A DNA stretch of 64,000 nt, taken from the NCBI GenBank assembly GCA_035193785.1, contig CP136572.1, positions 1,344,001 through 1,408,000 of the forward strand, written 5' to 3'. Source of the stretch: Planktothrix sp. GU0601_MAG3 (GTDB taxonomy: Bacteria > Cyanobacteriota > Cyanobacteriia > Cyanobacteriales > Microcoleaceae). Position numbers and translations under genes: made by a program. The notes beneath the pieces were generated by a model. It searched no databases and had not been told where the DNA came from. It saw nothing but the letters and a program-made list of their open reading frames with translations. Of the stretch, positions 45,164-56,524 are shown piece after piece. Numbering within the stretch: the first letter of the stretch is position 1; each line of letters starts with the position of its first letter.

Positions 45164-45829
45164 TTAATCCTGGGATAACGCTGTTTTCCAGTTAAACAAT
45201 ATAAACAATAAAACGCTACTGATAACCGCCGCAAAGAAACACCAAACCGAAATGAAAGTGGCTTGATAAAATTGGTCTGCTAGAATGAAAGAAAGCATAA
45301 TAAAAATCCCAAATAAAGCTAGGAATTTTTGACTTGATATCATAAAAGGAACAGTAATCACCAGCAAATATAAATATTTACCAATATCATAAAAGAAGGC
45401 AAATTTAAAATCATATAATAAGTTAAGGTTGTAAAATAAATTACCTAAATCATTAGTCACCATCACTTTTTGTCTTACCACACAACTGACAAGATAAAGC
45501 CCTAAAATAGCTCCTATTACTGCTATTCCTAAAATGATTTTCTGGCGAAATGGATGATCTTCTAATAAATAAACTGAGAGGGGGCAAAAAATCAACCAAA
45601 GTCCCGTAGCAAAAACTAAAAAAATGTAGATTCCGATAAAGTAGAGGGGTGATGATTGACGCTCTAAATTTAACCAGACCAGGCCCTCAAAAAATTGTTG
45701 AGTTGCGAATAACAATGGAAAAGTTGCCAATAAAAGCTGCTTTTTCGAGGTCGTTTGTTTCAGGGTTGCTATTCCTAAAACCGATAGGGAGAAACTAGCG
45801 GTAAAACTTGCCGTTGCTGAAAAGCACAT
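45164..45829 (-). CDS. Multi-pass membrane protein (DUF6629-like)
   Basis: MCFSATASF start, P.LFA.QQ..EG.VW, FISVWCFFAA. Confidence 0.75.
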   Translation of the reverse strand: MCFSATASFTASFSLSVLGIATLKQTTSKKQLLLATFPLLFATQQFFEGLVWLNLERQSSPLYFIGIYIFLVFATGLWLIFCPLSVYLLEDHPFRQKIILGIAVIGAILGLYLVSCVVRQKVMVTNDLGNLFYNLNLLYDFKFAFFYDIGKYLYLLVITVPFMISSQKFLALFGIFIMLSFILADQFYQATFISVWCFFAAVISSVLLFILFNWKTALSQD

Positions 45830-46067
45830 AAAAATACTAGACTCGGTGAGTTCTTCCAACCTTAGATTGTTTAACATTTCTCGGGTTTTGGAACACCAGG
45901 GTATCAACTGCCTCCCCAACCTCGGTGCTGTAACCGTTCAATCCCATTCTACCTTTGTTAATAACTTTTAGCAGCAAACGGAGCAAGTCTGGGAATTTTC
46001 AGACTTTTCCTGATAAATTAGAACAACAAGATTGTTTATTATACAGCATTGAGAGGAAATAATATTC

Positions 46068-47129
46068 GTGGTAGCCGTGAATCAACCGATTACAGTGAAT
46101 GATCAAAATCTGATCGAAAAAGCACTTTTACTTAAAGTGAAACGACTGACCTCAGCCCGGGGACAATTGGTTCTGCCCTGCGCACCAGCTTTGATCGATG
46201 AATATATGACTCAGTTTAACGCTCTGCTGGCGGCCTTGGGGCAAAACTTCACCCCGGAGGAAATGAATGGCTTACGTCAACTGGTCGAACGGAAACTGCA
46301 TGAAGGATATCAGGCTTCACCCCATGCCCGTTTAATCTTTAGATATGAACCCCCCGAACCCACCCAGGGCCTAACCAGTGGTTTAAAACTAACCGTAACC
46401 ACCGAGGTTGCCTCCTTAGAAAACAAATATCAACGCTGGTTAACCACCCGGGAGGGGCCATTATTTGGAGCCCATCCCGATACTAAACTAATGGCCGTGG
46501 TGTCTGAATTTTCCGACCCAGCCCAAACTCCGATTTTAGATGTGGGGGCGGGGGTGGGTCGCAATACCCTACCTTTAGCCCGCAAGGGACATCCGGTGGA
46601 TGCGGTGGAACTCACCCCAGACTTTGCTCAAATTATCGCCAAGGAAGCTAAGGATGCCAGCCTACCGATTCGGGTAATTCAAAGTAATATTCTCAACCCG
46701 GCTTTAGTCCTCCCGGCTAATTATTATCGGTTAGTTTTAATTGCAGAAGTGATTTCCCATTTTCGCAACTTGGATGATGTCCAAACCCTCTTAACTAAAG
46801 TCTGTGATGCGGCGGCGACCGGGGGATTAATTTTATTCAGTACCTTTATCACCGATGCTGATTTTGAGCCGGATGATAAGATGCGGGAGATGGGTCAAAT
46901 TCAATGGTCTTATGTGATTACTCCGGGTGAAATGAATTCCCTAATCCAGAGTTTACCGCTACAACTGATTTCCAATGAGTCAGTATATGAGTATGAACGT
47001 GCCCATCTCCCCCCGGAAGCCTGGCCGCCGACGGGTTGGTTTGAACATTGGTCACAGGGTCGAGATGTGGTTCCGATTCAAAAACCCCCGATGTCCCTGC
47101 GTTGGTTATTATGTCGGGTGAATAAGTAG
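46068..47129 (+). CDS. Class I SAM-dependent methyltransferase
   Basis: ILDVGAGVGRNTLPLARKG..VDAVE. Confidence 0.85.
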   Translation: MVAVNQPITVNDQNLIEKALLLKVKRLTSARGQLVLPCAPALIDEYMTQFNALLAALGQNFTPEEMNGLRQLVERKLHEGYQASPHARLIFRYEPPEPTQGLTSGLKLTVTTEVASLENKYQRWLTTREGPLFGAHPDTKLMAVVSEFSDPAQTPILDVGAGVGRNTLPLARKGHPVDAVELTPDFAQIIAKEAKDASLPIRVIQSNILNPALVLPANYYRLVLIAEVISHFRNLDDVQTLLTKVCDAAATGGLILFSTFITDADFEPDDKMREMGQIQWSYVITPGEMNSLIQSLPLQLISNESVYEYERAHLPPEAWPPTGWFEHWSQGRDVVPIQKPPMSLRWLLCRVNK

Positions 47130-47248
47130 AATATTAGGGGGCGGTTCAGAGGGGTGGCAAGTTTCTTCCGTAGATTTAGGAAAAAAAGCCACCTCTAAAA
47201 ATATCCTTTGAAATTCATCCAATTTTATTCTTTTTCTAAACATTAATT

Positions 47249-49430
47249 ATGATTAAGCGACGAATTTCTAAAATATGGATTTTGCCAGCGATCGCATCTG
47301 GGGCTTTGTTGGTGGGTGTGTTCTTTCCGATGACGATCTTTCGGGGATGGAAACAGTCCGTTGAACAGACCTATTTGACCGATCAACAAATCCCAGAATC
47401 AAAGGTATTACAATTGGCTTTATCCCCCGTTTCCGAACGTCAAACGGAATTAGAAGCGATCGCCCAAGACCGAAATGCTTCTTTAGAAAGAAGTCGGGCA
47501 CGATATTTATTAGCTAGTGATTCTTTAGCCGAAAATCCTAACGCAGCCCTAAAATTATTACAGGGATTAGAACAGGATTATCCCTTATTAGGGGGTCATA
47601 TTTTAGTCAAAAGGGCGCGGGCTTATGAACAAATTGGAGATCTGGAAAAAGCCCAAACAACTTGGCAGGAATTATTAAAAAATTATAGCACCCAACCCAT
47701 TGTAGTCGAAGCCTTATATACATTAGGAAAAACTAATCCTGAATATTGGGATCAAGCGATCGCTCAATTTCCCAGTCATCCCAAAACCATAGAAATTATT
47801 CAAAGTAAACTTAAACAAAATCCCAATCAACCGGAATTATTATTTCTAATTGCTAAACATGGATTGTATTTAAAAGACTATGGAACCTATTTAGAACAAT
47901 TAAAAGCCAAATTTGGCGATCAACTCACCCCGGAACAATGGGAAATTGTGGCTTTTGGCTATTGGGAAAAACAGGATTATGGGAAAGCTGCCATTGCCTA
48001 TGCTAAAGCACCCAAGACCCCTAAAAATCTTTATCGTCAGGCCAGAGGATTATGGTTAAATGATAAAATTCCTGAGTCTCGAATTGCCTATAAACAATTA
48101 ATTAATACCTTTCCCCAGGAAATAGATCCTCAAGGAGAAGATGCCGGATTTGGTTTATTGCGGTTATCACGGCTTTCTGATAAAAAAGAGGCTTTAGGGT
48201 ATTTAGAGCAAGTGATTGCTAAATTTCCCCGCCATGCGGCCGAGGCTTTATTAGATAAATCTAAACTTTTAGATCAAATGCGATCGGAAAAATTAGCCTC
48301 CGAAACTCGTCAACAATTACTGAGTAAATATAGTGATTCTGAAGCGGCGGCCCAATTGCGTTGGGATCTCTCCCAACAAGCCTTAAAAGCGGGGGATTTA
48401 AAATCAGCCTCCGACTGGGCAAAACAAGTTTCAACTAAAAATCCTGACAGTGAATTTGCCCCGGAAGCGACATTTTGGGTGGGGAAATGGGCGGAAAAAA
48501 ACGGCAATTCCCAAGAGGCAAAAAAAGCCTTTGAATATTTAATTGTCCGTTATCCTTCTTCCTATTATGCTTGGCGTTTCGGCCGTTCATTTAGGATGGC
48601 CGGTGGGGGATTTTACCACCGTTCGACCCCTCTCTCCCCATGTCGAACATCCTGATATTAGGGAAGTGCCTCCGGCGGGTTCTGAAACCTTACAAGAACT
48701 GTATGCTTTAGGACAAAATCAAGAGGCTTGGAAACTATGGCAAACGGAGTTTAAAAATCTCAACCAGCCTTCAGTTGCTGAACAATATACCGATGGGTTA
48801 ATGCGGATGGGCATAGGGGATAATTTAGAAGGAATTTGGATGTTATCAAGTTTAAATCGCCGGGATGATCCCCAGGAGCGATCGCAATATTTAGAAATTA
48901 AACAAAAACCAGCCTATTGGGAAGCATTATATCCATTTCCCTACTTAGAAACTATTGTTAATTGGTCAAAAGAACGGCAATTAAATCCGGTATTAGTAAC
49001 AGCATTAATTCGTCAGGAATCGCGGTTTATGCCGGGGATTAAATCCGTTGTTGGGGCTACGGGATTAATGCAGGTGATGCCGGAAACAGGGGAGGAGGTG
49101 GCGAAAAAAATTAAATTAACAGATTATTCCTTGGAAAATGTCAATGATAACATCAATTTAGGAACCTATTATCTGGATTTTACCCATCGAGAATATAATA
49201 ATAATTCGATGTTGGCAGTTGCCAGTTATAATGCTGGGCCGGGGGCTGTTTCCGGGTGGTTACAGCGTTTTGGATTTCAAGATCCCGATGAATTTGTAGT
49301 TAAAATTCCCTATCCTGAAACTCAAGGCTATGTGAAATCTGTATTTGAGAATTATTGGAATTATCTCAGGATTTATAACCCAGATGTTGCCCAATTAATG
49401 GAAGATCATGCTAAGAATTACAAAAATTAA
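47249..49430 (+). CDS. slt: Soluble lytic transglycosylase (TPR + SLT), ~726 aa after correction at 48576
   Basis: LIRQESRF, GATGLMQVMPETG, LGTYYL, ASYNAGPG, ETQGYVK. Confidence 0.9.
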
Positions 49431-49441
49431 TTAGGGAATAG

Positions 49442-49693
49442 GGATCACGGATTTAAGAGGATTTCACGGATTTCACGGATTTTAATCTGTGTTAATCTGC
49501 GTAATCCGTTTAATCCGTGATGCGGATTTTAATCTGTGTTAATCTGCGTAATCCGTTTAATCCGTGATGCGGATTTTAATCTGTGTTAATCTGCGTAATC
49601 CGTTTAATCCGTGATACGGATTTTAATCTGTGTTAATCTGCGTAATCCGTTTAATCCGTGATGCGGATTTTAATCTGTGTTAATCTGCGTAAT
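49442..49693. repeat. 47-bp tandem repeat element (~4.6 units); inverted relative of 205-428
   Basis: Unit CGGATTTTAATCTGTGTTAATCTGCGTAATCCGTTTAATCCGTGATG at 49476, 49523, 49570, 49617 and 49664. Confidence 0.88.
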
Positions 49694-49708
49694 ACTTTTA
49701 TTGAAAAC

Positions 49709-50164
49709 CTAATTTGTTGAATGAACTAAACGAATAAACTGGCAAGGATAACCGGAAATATTACTATTAAAAGTGCCAATTTCTTGAAATCCGGCTTTTT
49801 TATAAAATCCGATCGCCCGTTGATTTCCTGCCATCACAATAGTATAAATAGGAGAAGCAATTAGTTTTAAAGCTAAGTCTAATAACCGTTTGCCAATGCC
49901 TTTATTTTGATAATCTGGATCAACATATAATAAAGCGATACAGTGAGAATCGAGGGCAATAAAGGCGACGACTTTTTCTCCTTCACAGGCTACGAATTTA
50001 TCATAGGTATAGCAAATATGATGAACATTCGGATTTTGTTCCAGAGGTCTCATCGCCCTTAAATCACAAGATCCTTTAAATTCATCGGGTTGGGAGCGAT
50101 TATGCACCCGACAAATAGCCGACCAATCTCTTTCTAAATAAGGACGAATATTAATTGTTTTCAT
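49709..50164 (-). CDS. GNAT-family acetyltransferase
   Basis: LYVDPDYQNKGIGKRLL...N.RAIGFYKKAGF. Confidence 0.9.
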   Translation of the reverse strand: MKTINIRPYLERDWSAICRVHNRSQPDEFKGSCDLRAMRPLEQNPNVHHICYTYDKFVACEGEKVVAFIALDSHCIALLYVDPDYQNKGIGKRLLDLALKLIASPIYTIVMAGNQRAIGFYKKAGFQEIGTFNSNISGYPCQFIRLVHSTN

Positions 50165-50170
50165 TCATGT

Positions 50171-51851
50171 TTAGACAAATTGTGGACGTTCTAAAACTTG
50201 GGAAAATAGGGTTTTAAATTCGGCTTTTTGGGTTTCTGATTCCATCATTTGTTTCCAGGTTTCATAAAAGAAAAATGTGTTTCCGGCAAATTGGCGATCG
50301 CGCGTCAGTTGAATTTGTTCTTTAACTGTTGGAAAAGAAATTGGCTTAATTCTTAACCCGGTTAAAATACCAATACTAACAGGAATATGGCTTTTAGCTT
50401 CCAAAAGTTCAGGACGTTTTAAATCGGCTAAAAATCCATTCCGATCATCGCGATATACTTGTAAAACTAATTCTTCTAAATAGCCTTCTTGTTCCCAGGT
50501 TTTCCAGTCTTGTAAAAATTGAGAATAGGCAAAAAGATAGGGATTTGGGGATAAAGAAAGAATACAACTCGGTTTATGATCTTTGATAATCCAAAAAACT
50601 CGGTTAACAAATTCTGTAATTTTTTTTGCTCTCCAACTTACCCAATTTGCTTCTTGAAAGTCTGTGGGGGGTTGGGAATTTCCCGTTTCTTTCCGATATA
50701 ATTGGATAGTAAATTCATCATAGCCTAAATCGACGGGTAGACCAAAATGATCGTCAAATTGAATCCCATCAACCTCATAGTTTTTGACTACTTCAATGAT
50801 TAAACCCAAAAGAAACTGTTGGACTTGGGGATGGAAAGGATTTAACCAAACTTGATTAACTTGACTTTCTTTATATACTTTCGTACCATCTTGACGACAA
50901 GTAATCCAATGGGGACGTAGTTCAACAATTTGAGAATCCGGGGGAACCATAAACCCATATTCAAACCAAGGAATAACACTAATCTTTTTTTCTTTGGCTA
51001 AGGGAATCATTTCTTTGAGAATATCTCTGTCTTTCAATTCGGGAATCGGATGAATTTTAGTTCCGGTAAATTTTTCCATTAAAACACTTGGATAAAGGGT
51101 ATAACCACTATTCCAAATGGTAGGATAAACCGTATTAAAGTTACATTCTGCTAATAAATTTAGAGCATCAGTTAAGGTATTTTTAGAGAACAAAACATCA
51201 CTATCAATATTGGTTAACCAAACTCCCCTTAATTCTCCGGTCGGAACGGGAATAATTGGCGGTTTAACAATATACTGTTCCGCAATAGTTAAGGGTTTCA
51301 TCAACTTGGCGCAACGCTTGACAGAAAAATACAGCTACTTCGGCGCGTGTGGCGGGTTTATTCGGGTTTAAAAGTTTCACCTCGGGATAATTAACCACTA
51401 AGCCAAATTCAATCGCCGCCGCGATCGCATTTTTAGCATAATTAGGAATATCTTTCCCATCATTTAAACTTTGACTTAGGGTTTTAATAATAGATTGACT
51501 GGGCTCATAATTTAACCCTTTGACTAAGGCGACTAATGCTTGAACTCTAGGGATATTTTGTTGGGGTTTAAAAATTTGGTCTTCATAGCCACTCATAAAG
51601 CCAGTGCGATAGGTTTTTTGAATCACACTATGGGCCCAAAAATTAGCCGAAACATCCTTAAATTGAATCGCTTCTCGAATGTCTAAAAGTTGGGGAAAAG
51701 CCTTAATTAGCATGGTGGCAAACTCAGCACGGGTCAAGGTCGCATCGGGCTTGAAGGTTCCATCTCGATAGCCACTGATGATGCCTTTATTTGCCAGACT
51801 TTCAATACTATTTTTTGCCCAATGATCCGTTATATCTGTAAAGTTTACCAT
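50171..51851 (-). CDS. SLH-domain + DUF187 (GHL10) glycoside hydrolase-like protein, ~559 aa after correction at 51295
   Basis: SLH motifs (HWAK..IE.L...GIISGY.DGTFKPD..LTRAEFA); ELRGVWLT, IPWFEYG, WLNPFHP.VQ, VDGIQFDDHF. Confidence 0.88.
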
Positions 51852-52067
51852 AGATTTTGAATGAGTGAAATAGGTTAAAGATTTTTGTTTAATTGTTAAT
51901 ATTTTTGAACAAAACAATACAATCCATTAACTTTGCCTCTAATTTGATTCAGACAGAATATAATAGCAGTATGAATTGTACCCCAAAGTAGGATAAGTTA
52001 CAATCTTGAAAAAATGTCAACTTGTCCATATTTTTTAAATCCTTGTTTAAAGGTTTCGAGCTAAATT

Positions 52068-52514
52068 ATGAAAATCATTTCCACCCTACTTTCTGGAATT
52101 ACCGCTTCCCTTACCACCCTAACCTTGGTAACAGGTCTCGCCATAGCTCAAATGGCTGAAGTACCTAAACCCAATATGAAAGGTGATTTTATCACAGCAA
52201 AAGTTCAAGGAAATCGGGGGCTTTATAATAATATAAACTGGTTAGTTGTCGATCCTGAATATTTGAACTGTCGCAATACTCCCGAAGGGACGGTTAGGGC
52301 TCGCTTAGAGTCAGGCGCAATTATGACAGCCCTATTTTCTAATGATGGAAAAGGTGATGCTATTGTGCTTAAAAATGGTCAATCTTGGTTAAAGGTAGAA
52401 AGTATTCATCCCTATGGGCCGCGATTGAATTCTGGAGTTTGTTATGTTCGGGCTAATTTGAAATATATTGCCCCGATTAATGGTGATTATATTGATATGT
52501 TTAAAAGGAAATAA
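52068..52514 (+). CDS. Secreted hypothetical protein (possible SH3-like fold)
   Basis: Signal peptide ending AIA|Q; WLVVDP..LNCR..P...CYVRAN..YIAP. Confidence 0.65.
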   Translation: MKIISTLLSGITASLTTLTLVTGLAIAQMAEVPKPNMKGDFITAKVQGNRGLYNNINWLVVDPEYLNCRNTPEGTVRARLESGAIMTALFSNDGKGDAIVLKNGQSWLKVESIHPYGPRLNSGVCYVRANLKYIAPINGDYIDMFKRK

Positions 52515-52519
52515 AAGCC

Positions 52520-52774
52520 ATGCGTTTTATCAATCCAAAAACTAATTTAACCCGTGAGGAACTCGATGAAGTTGAAAAAGTGGAACTGTTTTTACAAGAT
52601 CAACAAAATGCAATTAGTTTAGCAGAAAGTCAAGCTAGACAAGAGGGTCAAACGGAAGGTCGAACCGAAAAAGCTATAGAAATTGCTCGTCAACTTCTAA
52701 CTATTTTAGATGATGAAACTATTAGTCGCACCACGGGGTTAAGTTTAGCAGAAATTCAAAACTTAAGATCCTAA
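52520..52774 (+). CDS. Internally deleted Rpn-family (PD-(D/E)XK) protein: N-terminal octapeptide joined to the C-terminal domain
   Basis: MRFINPKT (typical cyanobacterial Rpn start) directly followed by the C-terminal QEGQTEGRTEKAIEIARQLL..LDDETIS.TTGLS..EIQNLR. Confidence 0.7.
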   Translation: MRFINPKTNLTREELDEVEKVELFLQDQQNAISLAESQARQEGQTEGRTEKAIEIARQLLTILDDETISRTTGLSLAEIQNLRS

Positions 52775-52786
52775 TTTTTAAAAGAA

Positions 52787-53506
52787 TTAAGAGGAATATC
52801 GACCGTATTTGGCGATCGCATTTTCCTCTGGATTTTGTTGATTTGTTGACCACGCCCAAAGTTGATCACCCTGGGAAAAATGCCACCATTCATTCGGATG
52901 TTGTTGAAATCCTGTTGATAGCATAACTTGGGATAAAATCAGACGATTTTGATGATATTCTTTCTCTATTTGATCAGAACTATGCTCAAAATAATTAGGA
53001 TAGGATCGAGGCGAAATCTGATCAATTTCTGAACCCATATTAACTATTTTTCCGGTCTGATCAACTAAAGTAATATCCAAAGCCGCACCCGTACTATGGG
53101 GGGGAGGGGTAGCGGGATCTAAGCTGGGAGCAGCCCAAAATTGATCAACTTCTGTTAAGATCAATTGGTGTTGTTCCGTTGAAAGATTGTGTGGCGTTAA
53201 TCCCCTTTCCTTTAATAGTTGTTCATAAGAATAATCTACCATAAATTGTTGCACTTCTACGGGACGATAGGCGTCAAAAATCAATATCCTCCAGTTAGGA
53301 TAATTATTCTCTAATTGTAGTTGTGCTGCGAGGAGACGTTCTAAAACACCTTGTCTTAAATAATAGGGAGAATCTACCGAAGAAAAATGATAGGGTGCTC
53401 CCAATTTTTGATAAGCATGGGGCGTTTCTACTACAAATTTTTCTAGGGGAATATTAACTAAAGGTTCACCACAGTCTTGAATCGGAATTTGTTGATAGGG
53501 TTTCAT
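52787..53506 (-). CDS. D-alanyl-D-alanine dipeptidase (peptidase M15, VanX/DdpX-like)
   Basis: IFDAYRP, PPHSTGAALDITL, EWWHFS. Confidence 0.9.
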   Translation of the reverse strand: MKPYQQIPIQDCGEPLVNIPLEKFVVETPHAYQKLGAPYHFSSVDSPYYLRQGVLERLLAAQLQLENNYPNWRILIFDAYRPVEVQQFMVDYSYEQLLKERGLTPHNLSTEQHQLILTEVDQFWAAPSLDPATPPPHSTGAALDITLVDQTGKIVNMGSEIDQISPRSYPNYFEHSSDQIEKEYHQNRLILSQVMLSTGFQQHPNEWWHFSQGDQLWAWSTNQQNPEENAIAKYGRYSS

Positions 53507-53520
53507 AATATTTATTTTAA

Positions 53521-53575
53521 GTAGTAAGCCCTTCAGGGCTTAGAGGTTTAGAGAGAGCCCTGAAGGGATCACTAC
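53521..53575. repeat. GTAG-type REP doublet
   Basis: GTAGTAAGCCCTTCAGGGCT ... AGCCCTGAAGGGATCACTAC. Confidence 0.8.
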
Positions 53576-53577
53576 GG

Positions 53578-54241
53578 TTAAGATTTTCGGGATGCAATTA
53601 AAGCATAAAATGGGTCGCTTCCTCCCATTCCTAACATTTGCATAAATAGAGGAATTTTAGATTGACTAGCAATCACTTTAGGACTATTAAATCCAGGTAA
53701 GTTATTGATTTTAACTGAATTAATATAGCCTTTGACTAATTCTAGTCTATGAGGTTTCTGTTGCTTCTCGCCAGGCGGAGATCGCTTTTTGATAAAACAT
53801 TCGATTAGAAAAGCTAATAATGGTAATTCCACCGGGTTTTAAAATCCGATGAATTTCGGATAAAATTGCTTCAGGATATTGTAAATATTGGATGGAAACA
53901 CAAATTAAAACCGCATCAAAATCTTGATCCGACAGGGGAAGTTTGAGATTTTGGTTTAAGTCTTGAATAAAATAATGATCGAGTTGAGAATTTTTGGTTA
54001 ATTCCTCCTCATTCATTCCATGTCCTTCGACATGGGAAAATTTAATTTCAGGGGGAAGGTGAGATACCCAACTACTCATTAAATCTAAAATCCGAGTTTG
54101 GGGTTTGAGGGTGTCTCGATAGAGGGTTGTTAATTGATCAATAAACCCTTGATCAACGTGGGTTACAAAGCGAGGAAACGAGTAAAATAGTGAGTCTTCT
54201 GTCTCGTCTAATTTAATCCGTTCATGGCGTTGGAGTAACAT
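53578..54241 (-). CDS. Class I SAM-dependent methyltransferase (type 11), ~220 aa after correction at 53754
   Basis: PRFVTHVD, ILDLMSSWVSHLP, FDAVL..VS.QYL, SFSNRMF. Confidence 0.88.
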
Positions 54242-54397
54242 AATTCTATTAATCCTGATAGATGCTATGGGTCTGTCAATCCGAATATAAAGAATTGTAT
54301 ACTAATTTTGATCCAATGGGTATAATTATTCTAATATTGATTAATAAGTCAAAGATATCTTGATTCAGAATCGCTATTAAAAACACCCTAGAAACCC

Positions 54398-55921
54398 ATG
54401 CCTCGCACGCCTACATTATCCTTTGATCGGGGTACACTTTTATTACATCCTCCCCCAAAGGGAAAAAATTGGATTGATTTTGTTACCTGGGATGATCGGG
54501 TAGAAAAATTCAGAAGTCCGGCTTTTTATTATCGCAATTTAGTAGAAACTTTACGCAAAAATCAAGTAGATTTTATTGATCAAGCTCATAATTTTAACCG
54601 ATTAGAATTAACTCCCAGTTTTGAAATGCCTCCCTATCTTCATCAACAGGAAGCATTAGCAGCTTGGCAGGCGGTAGGAAGTCAGGGAGTGGTGGTTTTA
54701 CCCACAGCTTCAGGGAAAACCTATTTAGCTCAATTAGCGATGCAAGTAACGGGATGCCATACCTTAATTGTTGTCCCAACATTGGATTTAATGCACCAAT
54801 GGTATGCCCATTTATTAGCGGCTTTTCCTGATATTGAAATTGGATTATTGGGGGGAGGATCGAAGGATAGAACCCCGATTTTAGTGGCAACTTATGATAG
54901 TGCAACGATTCATTCTGAAACCTTGGGTGATAAATACGGACTGTTAATTTTTGATGAATGCCATCATTTACCCACGGACTTTTATCGGGTTATTGCGGAA
55001 TATTCCCTCGCTCCTTATCGTTTGGGACTAACAGCAACTCCTGAACGTTCAGATGGTAGACATAGTGATTTATCGTTGTTAATTGGGTCTACGGTTTATC
55101 GTAAAACCCCGGAAGATTTAGCGGGATCGGCATTAGCAAATCATCGAGTTGTACAAATTTTAGTTAAACTTTCTCCCAAGGAACGAGAGACTTATCAAGA
55201 ACAAATGAAAGTCAGAAATGAGTTTATTAAAGAGAATAATATTAAATTATCTAGTTTAGAAGGTTGGAAACAATTTGTGATGTTAAGTGCGCGATCGCCT
55301 TCAGGAAGACGGGCAATGTTAGCCCACCGACAAGCTAAAGAAATATCCTTATGTACTAACGGAAAATTGAGGATATTAGCCGATTTATTAAGTCAACATC
55401 ATTTGGAAAAAACCCTAATTTTTACGGCCGATAATTCAACGGTTTATAAAATTTCTCAAAGTTTTTTAATTCCCGCTATTACCCATCAAACCCCCGTAAA
55501 AGAACGCCATGAAATCTTAACTAAATTCCGAGCCGGAGACTATAAAACCCTAGTTGCATCCCATGTTTTAAATGAAGGGGTGGATGTTCCCGATGCTAAG
55601 ATAGCAATTATTTTATCAGGGACAGGCTCAGAACGGGAATATATTCAACGGTTGGGGCGAGTTTTACGCAAGGGAAATACCCCCAATAAACAGGCAATTT
55701 TGTATGAAGTAGTTACAGAAGATACCAGCGAAGAACGCACCTCTCAACGTCGCAAAGGAGAAACACAATCTAAACCCCAACCACCCAAGAAATCCTCTAA
55801 TTCTGATTATCAACAGTTGGATATATTTCAACCTAAACCTTTATATGGGATGCAAAATACCCCAAGTAAACGGGTTGCAGAATCTTCAGAAAAATGGAAT
55901 AATCAAGAAGAATCTGAATAA
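54398..55921 (+). CDS. XPB/Ssl2-like superfamily 2 helicase
   Basis: LPTASGKT, DECHHL, GLTATPER, LNEGVDVP, YIQRLGRVLR. Confidence 0.9.
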   Translation: MPRTPTLSFDRGTLLLHPPPKGKNWIDFVTWDDRVEKFRSPAFYYRNLVETLRKNQVDFIDQAHNFNRLELTPSFEMPPYLHQQEALAAWQAVGSQGVVVLPTASGKTYLAQLAMQVTGCHTLIVVPTLDLMHQWYAHLLAAFPDIEIGLLGGGSKDRTPILVATYDSATIHSETLGDKYGLLIFDECHHLPTDFYRVIAEYSLAPYRLGLTATPERSDGRHSDLSLLIGSTVYRKTPEDLAGSALANHRVVQILVKLSPKERETYQEQMKVRNEFIKENNIKLSSLEGWKQFVMLSARSPSGRRAMLAHRQAKEISLCTNGKLRILADLLSQHHLEKTLIFTADNSTVYKISQSFLIPAITHQTPVKERHEILTKFRAGDYKTLVASHVLNEGVDVPDAKIAIILSGTGSEREYIQRLGRVLRKGNTPNKQAILYEVVTEDTSEERTSQRRKGETQSKPQPPKKSSNSDYQQLDIFQPKPLYGMQNTPSKRVAESSEKWNNQEESE

Positions 55922-56000
55922 AAATATATGCAATAATTTCAAGGCGTGATATAATTGGATAATTATTAGTATAGTTTGATTATCTCAGGGGACAAAAGTA

Positions 56001-56474
56001 ATGAATTTGACCAACCTGCCTTTATTAAAAGACTTTAGCATTTTTCCTAAACATACGGGAAATTGGCAAGGAAGCTGGATTATTTTCGATGAAAACGGGC
56101 AAGAAAAAACTCGATTTACGGCGGTTGTAACCCAAGATATTGTTGAGAATAAGTGGGTACAAACCAATGTTCAAACCTATAGTAATGGTCAATCAGAAAC
56201 TCAAAATTTTATTGGTACGGTTATCGGAGAAGGGAAAATCTTAATTGAAGGTTCAGACTCGGCTTTTGTTAATTATAAATCTATAGCAACAGAACGAGAT
56301 GATGATTTAATTATTTTCAGGGTTTGGGATAAAACAACAGGTAAATTAAGGGCTGTTGAAACCATCAATCTGATTAGTCCCTCCGAACGAATTAGAACTA
56401 CCCAAAGTTTTAATCCCGAAACTGGGAAATTCAGAGGATTTATGGTAATTACAGAACAAAAAATTACCGAATAA
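56001..56474 (+). CDS. Hypothetical beta-barrel protein (DUF3598-like)
   Basis: H.G.W.G.W...D..G, ETINL....RIRTTQ.F; the family assignment is tentative. Confidence 0.6.
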   Translation: MNLTNLPLLKDFSIFPKHTGNWQGSWIIFDENGQEKTRFTAVVTQDIVENKWVQTNVQTYSNGQSETQNFIGTVIGEGKILIEGSDSAFVNYKSIATERDDDLIIFRVWDKTTGKLRAVETINLISPSERIRTTQSFNPETGKFRGFMVITEQKITE

Positions 56475-56524
56475 AAGTTAGTAAAATTTTAGTTTTACCC
56501 TAAATTTATGAGTTGGAATTTCTG

